DNA of 64,000 nucleotides from contig CAZELA010000003.1 in NCBI GenBank assembly GCA_964512835.1, positions 15,516 to 79,515 of the forward strand. The letters run 5' to 3'. Below, one piece after another: positions 56,194 through 64,000 of the stretch (positions are counted from its first letter, which is position 1; every line of letters starts with the position of its first letter). Source of the DNA: an uncultured Candidatus Saccharibacteria bacterium. GTDB taxonomy: Bacteria; Patescibacteriota; Minisyncoccia; Phycocordibacterales; UBA2100. The position numbers and the translations under genes were made by a program. The notes below the pieces were generated by a model. The model was not told the origin of the DNA and did no database searches. It was given only the letters and a program-made list of their open reading frames with translations.

Positions 56194-57607
56194 ATGAACG
56201 CCCATGTAGGACCACTGACTTCGATCACAACGGCCGGCATCATCACGCTGACCGATAGCTACAAGCCGACGCACTGGCTGCAGACACCGTCGAGAACGAC
56301 GATGATCTATTCGTTCCTGGAAAGCCGCGGCGGCAAGTTCAATGCCGTTACGTTCTTCGGTCTGCAGTACTACCTGATGAAGTACTTCGCGGGAGTGGTG
56401 GTGAACGAACAGTTCATCAAGAAGGCCCGTCGACGTTTCAGGGCTCACTTCGGCAACGACGCGCTGTTCAACGAAGCCGGATGGCTACGACTGATCGAGA
56501 AACACGGCGGCAAGCTGCCGATCCGCATCAAGGCGGCCCGAAGGAACAACTGTTCCGACCGGCAACGTACTGATGACAATCGAGAACACCGACGAGGAAT
56601 TCGCCTGGATCACGAACTACCTCGAGACCTTGCTCTCGATGGTGTGGTACCCGTCGACCGTGGCGACGCAGAGCCGTGAAATGCGTCGGGTACTGCTCAA
56701 GTACCTGGTCATGACCGGCGATCCGTCGCTCATCGACTTCAAACTGCACGACTTCGGTTTCCGCGGTTCGACCTCGGTCGAAAGTGCGGGAATCGGCGGC
56801 GCTGCGCATCTGGTGAACTTTTTGGGCACCGATACGCTCGCCGCACTTGATGTCGCCGAAGACTACTACGACGAAGAAAGCGCCGGATTCTCAATTCCGG
56901 CAGCCGAACACTCCACGATTACCTCGTGGGGTCGCGAGAACGAGGCCGAAGCATTCGAAAACATGCTCACGCAGTTCCCGAGCGGACTCGTTGCCGTGGT
57001 GTCCGACAGCTACAACATCTACGAAGCGTGCAAGAAGATCTGGGGCGAACAGCTTCGGGAGAAAGTGCTCGCTCGTGATGGCGTGCTTGTCGTTCGACCG
57101 GATTCCGGCTACCCGCCGGACACGGTCGTCGTCGTGCTGAACATCCTGGGCGAGAAGTTCGGATACACCATGAACGACAAGGGCTACAAAGTCCTGAATC
57201 CGAAGGTTCGCGTCATCCAGGGTGACGGCATCGACTACGAGATGCTCGACAAGGTGCTGGTCGCGATGAAGATCGCCGGATGGTCGGCGGACAATGTCGC
57301 GTTCGGCTCGGGCGGCGGTCTCCTGCAGAAGGTCAACCGTGACACGCAGAAGTTCGCGATCAAGTGCTCGTATATGGAAGTCGCCGGCGAAGGTCGCGAC
57401 GTGATGAAGGACCCGATCACCGACCCGGGCAAGCGCTCGAAGGCGGGCCGACTCGCGCTCGTGAAGATCGATGGCGAGTTCAAGACCGTCCGCGAGGAAG
57501 AGGCAGCCCGCCTCGGACTCAAGGATGAGCTCGAGACCGTGTTCGAGAACGGCGAGATCCTGGTCAAGCACAGCTTCGCGGACATTCGTGCCCGCGCAGC
57601 AATCTGA
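56194..57607 (+). pseudogene. nadV: Nicotinamide phosphoribosyltransferase (NadV/NAMPT) interrupted by a -1 frameshift near 56535-56545
   Basis: Frame 1 (56194..~56540) encodes the NAMPT N-terminus ('...LPIRIKAA'). Frame 2 from ~56541 continues '(R)PEGTTVPTGNVLMTIENTDEEFAWITNYLETLLSMVWYP...', matching '[23 protein letters not shown]...' of known NAMPT. One missing C in the 'gcggcccg' run explains it. It is either a true pseudogene or an assembly error. Confidence 0.85.
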
Positions 57608-57693
57608 TTACTCCGTTTTCCCTCTTCCGCGCGCACTTCGGTGCGCGCGGTTCTTTGTTGCATGAACGTTCACAGAAAAGCTACTATGCTGCC

Positions 57694-58386
57694 ATGTCTC
57701 CCCTTCTCATACTTACCTGGACCGCGGCAGTCTCCCTGTGCGCGATCGGCGCCGCGTACTACGCACGAACATCCGGCCGCGCAGATGCGATCGTCGCACT
57801 CTATGTCACGCTCGTCGTGGCCTCGAATTTAGTCGCGTCAAAGATAGTCGGTTTTGACGTCGGTGCGACCACCCTTTTTGCTCCCGGTGCGACACTTCTG
57901 TTTTCGGTCACCTTTTTGCTGACCGACATCGTGAACGAGCGATTCGGCAGACAGGAAACCCAACGGATGATCTACATCGCCATGTTCGCACAACTCGCGT
58001 TTCTGCTCTTCGGTTACATCGCTGTGTCGGCTACGCCCGCGCCGTTCTTTTCGGGACAGGCTGCCTTTGAAACCGTGTTCGGAACGGTACCGCGCATCGC
58101 ACTCGCCGGACTCGTCACGTTTCTCATCAGCGAGTCACTCGATGCATATCTGTATCAGTGGTTTCGCCTGAAAACGCATGGCCGCAATTTGTGGCTGCGA
58201 AACGCGTTCAGCTCCATACCCGCGATGCTTTTGGACAGCGCGCTATTCGTCACGCTAGCGTTTTACGGAACGACGGCACTCCTACCGCTCATCATCGGAC
58301 TCACGATTGTGAAATGGATTGTCGCGGTGATCGACATTCCGTTCATGTACGCCGCCCGCTGGGTACTCGGTACGCGCAGTTCCTAG
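57694..58386 (+). CDS. YhhQ/VUT-family (DUF165) membrane transporter, queuosine-precursor-transporter family
   Basis: 6-TM 'vitamin uptake transporter'-like protein with conserved 'LLTDIVNERFG' region. Start set at MSPLLIL. Confidence 0.75.
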   Translation: MSPLLILTWTAAVSLCAIGAAYYARTSGRADAIVALYVTLVVASNLVASKIVGFDVGATTLFAPGATLLFSVTFLLTDIVNERFGRQETQRMIYIAMFAQLAFLLFGYIAVSATPAPFFSGQAAFETVFGTVPRIALAGLVTFLISESLDAYLYQWFRLKTHGRNLWLRNAFSSIPAMLLDSALFVTLAFYGTTALLPLIIGLTIVKWIVAVIDIPFMYAARWVLGTRSS

Positions 58387-58427
58387 CAATACCGAAAAAG
58401 CCCGCATTGTGTTACAAAGTGCAGCAC

Positions 58428-58512
58428 GGAGGGGTGGCAGAGTGGTCTATCGCACCTGTCTTGAAAACAGGAGTCTCGCAAGGGACCAAGAGTTCGAATC
58501 TCTTCCCCTCCG
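58428..58512 (+). tRNA. tRNA-Ser (anticodon TGA)
   Basis: Acceptor GGAGGGG/CCCCTCC; anticodon stem CCTGT/ACAGG; loop CTTGAAA; long variable arm; T-arm AAGAG-TTCGAAT-CTCTT; discriminator G. Confidence 0.88.
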
Positions 58513-58522
58513 CAATGATTCA

Positions 58523-58546
58523 AAGAAACGCCTTCGGGCGTTTTTT
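58523..58546 (+). terminator. Terminator after tRNA-Ser (AAACGCC-ttcg-GGCGTTT plus TTTTTT)
   Basis: Read from the sequence. Confidence 0.75.
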
Positions 58547-58663
58547 TGATTCATCATTTCGAGTAAGGGAAAAGATTCGAAGGCGAGCGGCGGAGGCTCC
58601 ATCAGCAGATGAAGCGACGCAAGCAGGGACGAACGAGCTCTTGGGCGAATCTCTCTACCCAAA

Positions 58664-58693
58664 TGAAGAACCGGTGCAGATAGCTGCACCGGT
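58664..58693. terminator. Hairpin CCGGTGCAG-atag-CTGCACCGG plus TTTTT just downstream of the DnaJ-domain gene stop
   Basis: Read from the sequence. Confidence 0.55.
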
Positions 58694-58710
58694 TTTTCGG
58701 TCGAAAGATC

Positions 58711-59868
58711 TCAGACGGTCGGCTCGTCATCCCGCCGCAACTTCTTCGCATGCAGGTCGGCAACACGGTTGAGCTGGCTCAGAAATTCGATGCCTTGCAC
58801 CGCCTTGAACCTCAGAACCGTGTAGCCGTCCTGAACGAAACGTTCAGCCGCACCTCGGTCGCGCAGGTCTTCAAGCGCATCGGCCCCTTCCGGCGGATCA
58901 GCAACGCGCACGCCGTCGCCGTCGAATTCCATTACAACCCATACCCACGTTCCGTCACCGAGCATCCCGAGGAGGACTTTGTCCGTGTACTCCACGGTAC
59001 CCTTGTCGTACTCAAGCTCCGCTGCAATCTCGAACCTTTTACCGAGGATGTCTTCCCGTTCCGCCGCGAGCGGCTCGAGCAACGCTTTCTGCCGTTCGAA
59101 ATGCTCATCCAATCGTGCGGTGTAGTGCGCGAGCACCGTACCCACATCGACGATCTCACTCACGCCTTCGGGCGCAGGCAGGAGTGCTTGTTCCCCTGCC
59201 GTGAGCAGAAACACCTGCTGCTCCACGTTCGTTCGAGCAAGCTCGCGCACGGCGATCAGGTGCTCTCCTACCTGTTCCCGGTATTCAAGTTTCGGCGTCG
59301 GTGAGTGATTCTTCTGTCCAAGATTGTCCCAGAGGAATCCTTCGCGAAGCGACAAATACAGGTCGCGACGTTCAAGCTGTTCCAGGTACGCCGGCTTCAA
59401 TGCATCCGGAATTCCCGTCGGCGACTCAGCCTGCGAACGGAAAAACTCGTACGTTGCCTTCTCGAACCCCGAGAACTGCAGCGCGAGCTTTTCCGCTTCG
59501 CGCTCTCGCACGACCGGATCTTCGTTGAGATGATCCATGAGTGTTGCAAACGAGAAATGCGGATCCGTAAGATCAATCACGATTTCCCCGCGGCGGCTGA
59601 GCGGGCGCTTCCAGTTCGCCAGCAGGTCGTCGTAGCCTGCTCGCCTTTCATGGTCGGACAGCACCGCATACGCAACATTGAGCAGGTTGGACTGGTGTTC
59701 GGCCTCCCGCAACAACTCGGGCGCGAGCCCCTGAAAGCGATCGGGGTGGTATTGCATCTGCTTTTTGTGGTACGCCGTCGTGATCGCGCTCTTATCTGCG
59801 TCACGCGGGACGTCGAGTAGTGCGTAGTAATCAATGACGAAATCTACGCCGAATGTTCCCGTGCTCAT
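58711..59868 (-). CDS. DnaJ (J-domain) protein with a ~310-aa C-terminal domain of unknown function
   Basis: 'DYYALLDVPRDADKSAITTAYHKKQMQYHPDR' J-domain with HPD motif. Start set at MSTGTFG, preceded by a GGAGGT RBS (coordinate +/-1, because my reading of this line disagrees with the ORF track by one base). Confidence 0.78.
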   Translation of the reverse strand: MSTGTFGVDFVIDYYALLDVPRDADKSAITTAYHKKQMQYHPDRFQGLAPELLREAEHQSNLLNVAYAVLSDHERRAGYDDLLANWKRPLSRRGEIVIDLTDPHFSFATLMDHLNEDPVVREREAEKLALQFSGFEKATYEFFRSQAESPTGIPDALKPAYLEQLERRDLYLSLREGFLWDNLGQKNHSPTPKLEYREQVGEHLIAVRELARTNVEQQVFLLTAGEQALLPAPEGVSEIVDVGTVLAHYTARLDEHFERQKALLEPLAAEREDILGKRFEIAAELEYDKGTVEYTDKVLLGMLGDGTWVWVVMEFDGDGVRVADPPEGADALEDLRDRGAAERFVQDGYTVLRFKAVQGIEFLSQLNRVADLHAKKLRRDDEPTV

Positions 59869-60030
59869 CGTCCTACCTCCGGAGTCAAAGGTCACACTCG
59901 CGCCAGTACACCCAAAACGCGAGCGTAAGTCAACCGAATCCACCTCTCTGTAACGTGCACTGCACACAGAGCAGTGCATTGCCGTATACGCTCAACAACA
60001 GACAACCGCGCAATGCGCGGTTGTTTTGTT

Positions 60031-60537
60031 TTAGGAGATCCAGACCAGGTTCTCCACTTCGTTCTCGACCTCCTTCATCGTGACGAACATCTGCTCAGTC
60101 TTTGTCATCTCGGTGTAGAGGTCCTTTACGGACTCTTTCAGTACGAGTAATGCAGTATCGGCCTCTTCGCGCGAGAGTGTACCGTGCTCGGCGAGTACCC
60201 GGAACACGAACTCGAGCATCGGACGGGATTGGATCGGCGTCTGCATGATCGCTGTACCGTCGTCACACACGAGAATCAAATGCCCGTGCGCTTCATGCGA
60301 CGTGTACGGACACACCACCGTACCGTCCGTATCCCACGGCGCCCGCATCTCCCACACCTCCACGCACGACCGACAAAATCCGACATGGAACGGAAACGGG
60401 TGACTCATCGGAATCTGAACCTCGCCGAGCACAAATGCCATACGAGGGTCCGCAACATTGATCGGATACATGCGCGTCTGCGCAAATACCCACGGGTAGT
60501 TGATCGTAAACATCTTCTCTTCCGACCGCGCACTCAT
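60031..60537 (-). CDS. Hypothetical protein (168 aa, Cys/His-containing)
   Basis: No family recognised. 'CRSCVEVWEMRAPWDTDGTVVCPYTSHEAHGH' is a possible metal site. Confidence 0.5.
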   Translation of the reverse strand: MSARSEEKMFTINYPWVFAQTRMYPINVADPRMAFVLGEVQIPMSHPFPFHVGFCRSCVEVWEMRAPWDTDGTVVCPYTSHEAHGHLILVCDDGTAIMQTPIQSRPMLEFVFRVLAEHGTLSREEADTALLVLKESVKDLYTEMTKTEQMFVTMKEVENEVENLVWIS

Positions 60538-60627
60538 GTGCGACTCCTCTTGCTGACTACTCTATCGACACTACTCCTCAGCCATCACACAGGCAAGCGC
60601 AGAGCCGATGCTACAATTGTCGTATCT

Positions 60628-61098
60628 ATGGAGGACCATACGGTCGTACTGAGGTGGAATGCGTACGAACACGAGCACATCGAGCGCGGAACGGAGTGGT
60701 TTTGGGCACTCGGCATTGCCGCCGTGTGTGCAGCCCTTACGGCCGTTCTTTTGAGTAATATCCTGTTCGGACTGGTGATACTCCTCGGCGCATTCACAAT
60801 CGCACTCATGGCGCGGCACGCGCCTGAAGTTGCCACATTCGAGATATCGGTCAAAGGCCTGCGCGTAAACAACACACTCCACCGCTACGACGAAATCATT
60901 TCCTTCTGGGTGGAAGACGAGCATGACGGCCACCCGATGCTTTTGATCGACACGGTGAAATTTCTCTCGCCCAACCTCATCATTCCTATTCACGATATCG
61001 ATCCGCAGCTCGTGCGGGCATACCTGAACGAACATGTGCACGAAGTGCCCATGAAAGAACCGATTGCACACAAAGTGCTTGAGTTCTTCGGTATTTAA
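60628..61098 (+). CDS. Hypothetical membrane protein: two TM helices followed by a small beta-domain (possibly bacterial PH-like, bPH_2/YdbS-like)
   Basis: Start set at MEDHTVVL. The track start at 60184 overlaps the convergent gene. Confidence 0.5.
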   Translation: MEDHTVVLRWNAYEHEHIERGTEWFWALGIAAVCAALTAVLLSNILFGLVILLGAFTIALMARHAPEVATFEISVKGLRVNNTLHRYDEIISFWVEDEHDGHPMLLIDTVKFLSPNLIIPIHDIDPQLVRAYLNEHVHEVPMKEPIAHKVLEFFGI

Positions 61099-61104
61099 AA
61101 CTGA

Positions 61105-62247
61105 TCAGTTCGCGCGAAGCGTGGTCTTTGCCTCTTTAACGTCGCCGTTCACGCTCGTGCACGTCAGAGATACTTCGGTATCTGATGTCATGCGAGGGAG
61201 TGCAATCGCACCGCTTTGCGGTACAGGATTCCCGAAGGACGCCGTCAGGTCGGCATTGCCGCTCGCATTGAGTTCACATATATCCATGCCGCGCGTCACC
61301 CACGCGAGCGCCTCGCCCGTGGGCGATGACTGCGACGTGAGCAGCATGAGCGGTTTTGCAACGGCAACCGCACAGGTTGCACTCACAACTTTTCTCCCGT
61401 CCGAACAGCGGAGACCGTAGATCATCGTCCCGTTCGGCAGCCCCGGATCGAGCCGAACTTCCGTTGCACCCCAAAGCCGTCCCCCGGTCGAAAATTCGTC
61501 GCTGGAACTCATAACAGAATTTGCGCATCCGAACGCCACGGCGACTTTCATACCCGACTGTGCGATCTTCGGTTGGCACGAGATCTGTGCAACCGGACCG
61601 GAAGCCTGTGCGACGGGGGCGCTCGCACTCAGTGTTTTAGAAATATCACGGATCGGAGCAGCATCGAGACCTCCCTCTTCGGCGGCATCGGCCGTTGCTT
61701 CGATGATACTTGTGATCGCGTCACGACCGCTCTGCGTGAGTGTGTCCTTGAGGAGTGGTGCGACATCCGCAGCAGTCTCTCCCTTGTCGTCTATCAAACG
61801 TGCCGCAAGAATGCTCGCCGCCTGCACGGGTTGTGTCGCGTTTTGAATTGCGGTACGAACACACATGTCCCCGTTGTCCGCCGGATCACACTCGGTGAGT
61901 TTGAAACACACACCGGCGCTCGCGTATGTCGACGGCGGACAGTATCGGATAACGCACTTTGACGGCACACCTGACACGCAGGCTCCGTTTTGAGAGCCTT
62001 CGGGACACTGCAGTGTGCGCACGGTCCCCGCACCCGACGACATGTTGACGGTATGCACGTCGCCTGCAATACACACGGACGGAAGCGCCGTTACAACAGT
62101 CGAAGCTGCGGCCGCGGACTGCGAGTCAGCGGGCTGCGATGCGATTTTGTAGCCCGATATGAACAGGACAAAGATCGCTACAAACACGAGCGCAGCAAGA
62201 ACAGAGGTGCCTGCCTGTGCAGTCGGGCCCGCCTGACGGTTGATCAT
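61105..62247 (-). CDS. Hypothetical membrane-anchored, Cys-rich extracytoplasmic protein (380 aa)
   Basis: N-terminal TM (SVLAALVFVAIFVLFISGY) and more than 20 Cys in the ectodomain. No family recognised. Confidence 0.55.
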   Translation of the reverse strand: MINRQAGPTAQAGTSVLAALVFVAIFVLFISGYKIASQPADSQSAAAASTVVTALPSVCIAGDVHTVNMSSGAGTVRTLQCPEGSQNGACVSGVPSKCVIRYCPPSTYASAGVCFKLTECDPADNGDMCVRTAIQNATQPVQAASILAARLIDDKGETAADVAPLLKDTLTQSGRDAITSIIEATADAAEEGGLDAAPIRDISKTLSASAPVAQASGPVAQISCQPKIAQSGMKVAVAFGCANSVMSSSDEFSTGGRLWGATEVRLDPGLPNGTMIYGLRCSDGRKVVSATCAVAVAKPLMLLTSQSSPTGEALAWVTRGMDICELNASGNADLTASFGNPVPQSGAIALPRMTSDTEVSLTCTSVNGDVKEAKTTLRAN

Positions 62248-62353
62248 GTATGTATCATCGCGTTGATGTGGCGACTCCGCAATGAGAATGCGGGGATATG
62301 AACCGACGACGCAACTGGATTTCGTGTCGACTCTACGCTAGACTCCTCTCCAA

Positions 62354-62425
62354 GCTCCCGTCGTTCAACGGATAGGATGCATCCTTGCGGAGGATGTGAT
62401 GTAGGTTCGATTCCTGCCGGGAGCA
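62354..62425 (+). tRNA. tRNA-Arg (anticodon read as GCG)
   Basis: Acceptor GCTCCCG/CGGGAGC; anticodon stem CATCC/GGATG; loop TTGCGGA; T-arm GTAGG-TTCGATT-CCTGC (one G-U). D-stem has two G-U pairs, so the anticodon call is moderate. Confidence 0.6.
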
Positions 62426-62432
62426 CAATGCA

Positions 62433-62460
62433 ACAAAATCTGCCGAAAGGCAGATTTTGT
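62433..62460 (+). terminator. Terminator after the tRNA (AAAATCTGCC-gaaa-GGCAGATTTT)
   Basis: Read from the sequence. Confidence 0.75.
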
Positions 62461-62608
62461 CGTTGTGCGACCAAGCAGAACACCTGCGTGCGCTATGCGC
62501 AGGAATCAAACGCCGGCGGAATGCGAGGCCGGTAGGCAGAGGCGCGAGGCGCGGTTGCGGAAATACGTTTGCGACGACACATGCAGTGCCCGTGACCGCA
62601 ATGCTTTC

Positions 62609-64000
62609 CTACTGCACCACTTTGAATGCCGCCGATATCGGGTTGTCGATGAATTTCGGTTCCGGCAACGAAGCATCCTTCACTTCGCCGAGATTCGCAT
62701 TCACCGGCTGGTACAGCGAAGCCAAAATCGCATACGTTGCGCCCGGGATGAGGTCAGTGCCGCATACAAGCGACGATGACATGTCGCACTCTTCGCCCTC
62801 GGTCGGAATGCTCCATGAGTACGTACCGGTTTTCGAGCGATGACCTGTTATGAGCGCGACGGTTTTCTTTTCTTCGACACTGTACAACCACAATGCAACA
62901 GCGGAGGCATCAGGTGCATCCGGGAAGTTCCAGCGTAGCGTCGCCTCGGATCCCCGCACTACATCAGTGCGGTTCTCGATTGACGCACTGATCGTCCCCG
63001 GTCGGTAGGCATCCAGCGTGATCTTTTCCTGCCGATTCTCGCCCGTCACCGTAACACAGTCCACATAAAAGTCGGACCGCTCAACTACCGGCGAGGTCGT
63101 CGCTATGCCTGCGGTGGCCGTTCGCGAAGCGTTTCGTGCCGTAAAGTCCTCCTGATCAGGGCTTGAGACCGTGCACGATTTCATACCGGTAGTCACCCAC
63201 CCGATCAGTGCACTGGTGCCCACTTTTACCGGATTAGGCTCAGCGCGAAGCGATATAGAAACTTTTGCGAGCTGTACCGAACACTGCGCGCCAGCAGTTA
63301 CGTTTCCGTCTTCACATTTAATCGCAAAATTCTTTCCGACAGCATTCTCCGGCGCGTCGTCGAGCGTAACCGTTGTTGCTCCTGCGGTCGCACCATTCGT
63401 GTCGAATCCGAGCCCGGTCGAACGTTGCGAATTCGTGCACGTGTATGAAATCGTCACGCGCGAACCCTTTTCGGCTACATCGGGGTTACACGCAATCTGC
63501 GCCGTCGGGGTTGTCGCATTGTTTGGTACACATTGCCAGACGGGGCAGACCATACCCGCACCGGATGCGGTCATTTGTCTCCATGTGCCGGTCGGACACG
63601 TTGCCGCAGACGGCTGTGCTGGAAGCTGCGGACACTGCCCGTTACCGTCCGTTCCGTACCTGGGTCGACACGGTTGCGGCGCTACCGGCGGCACAACGGT
63701 GTTTGTATACCCATACGAGGAGTTGTTTCGTACCTGGTAGTTATATTGTTCGAGCTGATAGTTGTATTGCTGCAATTGATAGTTGTATTGCTGCTGATAC
63801 TGCGCATACGCTTGCGGGTCGGTCGGGCATGATTGCGCCGGCCCCTGCTGCGGCTGCTGCGGCTGTCCTACGCCCAGCCCTTTCATGAGTCCTCCAAGGA
63901 ACGACATGAGTCCGCTTGCACCCGATCCTCCGAACGAACCGAGTCCGCCGGTCGTTTGTCGCGGCGCTGTCTGCGCGTCGGGGATTGTTGACGGCGGTTG
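62609..64000 (-). CDS. Hypothetical secreted/extracellular protein with N-terminal Gly-rich and QQYNYQ repeats; the reading frame stays open to the window's right edge, so the 5' end may lie beyond it
   Basis: The track lists 62609..63907, but there is no in-frame stop between 63908 and 64000 (translation ...GGLGSFGGSGASGLMSFLGGLMKGLG...). Triple 'QQYNYQL' repeat, then a Cys-containing Thr/Ser-rich domain. Confidence 0.55.
   Translation of the reverse strand, partial: QPPSTIPDAQTAPRQTTGGLGSFGGSGASGLMSFLGGLMKGLGVGQPQQPQQGPAQSCPTDPQAYAQYQQQYNYQLQQYNYQLEQYNYQVRNNSSYGYTNTVVPPVAPQPCRPRYGTDGNGQCPQLPAQPSAATCPTGTWRQMTASGAGMVCPVWQCVPNNATTPTAQIACNPDVAEKGSRVTISYTCTNSQRSTGLGFDTNGATAGATTVTLDDAPENAVGKNFAIKCEDGNVTAGAQCSVQLAKVSISLRAEPNPVKVGTSALIGWVTTGMKSCTVSSPDQEDFTARNASRTATAGIATTSPVVERSDFYVDCVTVTGENRQEKITLDAYRPGTISASIENRTDVVRGSEATLRWNFPDAPDASAVALWLYSVEEKKTVALITGHRSKTGTYSWSIPTEGEECDMSSSLVCGTDLIPGATYAILASLYQPVNANLGEVKDASLPEPKFIDNPISAAFKVVQ

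Noticed and set aside
58158-58772. 204-aa plus-strand ORF
   Set aside because: It spans tRNA-Ser and two terminators, so it is non-coding.
1-64000. CRISPR arrays, IS elements, integrase or transposase genes
   Set aside because: No short regularly spaced repeats and no recognisable transposase or integrase ORFs were seen. The tRNA-associated repeats lack any adjacent recombinase in this window.

Overview
This 64-kb window reads as ordinary bacterial core genome with several small accessory-like insertions. GC is roughly 55-58%, genes are densely packed and mostly on the minus strand, and the standard genetic code applies (long synthetases contain no in-frame TGA). The window begins inside a very large minus-strand gene (>=904 codons, running off the left edge, absent from the ORF track) for a signal-peptide-bearing surface protein with a peptidoglycan-binding domain. 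Core genes follow: ftsK, recA, efp, an rpsF-ssb-rpsR operon, an aminotransferase, tatD, metG, glyQS, a two-subunit ATP-citrate lyase (aclB-aclA), ileS, argS, tmk, rplK, nusG and secE. Next comes a cell-envelope block (ArsR regulator, SIMPL protein, PAP2, DedA, GT4, GT2 and an 831-aa FAD-oxidase fusion), then a tRNA-rich stretch (His, Leu, Val, Arg, Ser, Arg). After that are pilMNO type-IV-pilus genes, ruvX, a flavin salvage operon (riboflavin kinase, DMT transporter, RibL-like nucleotidyltransferase), a CDF transporter and an NAD salvage pair (nadM-Nudix, frameshifted nadV, YhhQ-like transporter). The window ends with hypothetical secreted proteins. The most unusual signals are: (i) a ~104-nt repeat family with compensatory stem substitutions found downstream of tRNA-Leu and tRNA-Val, each with a duplicated tRNA 3' end; (ii) direct and inverted repeats around tRNA-His; (iii) two conspicuously GC-rich ORFs (one splitting nusG-rplK, one next to tRNA-Val) that look horizontally acquired; (iv) a frameshift in nadV; and (v) a terminator directly upstream of ileS. 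Several features that look archaeal or eukaryotic (ACL, RibL-like FMNAT, NadM-Nudix, minimal MetRS plus a free Trbp111) would fit a streamlined, possibly Patescibacteria-like organism. That taxonomic placement is inference only. All coordinates were derived by hand from the sequence and may be off by 1-3 nt where I corrected ORF-track start sites.
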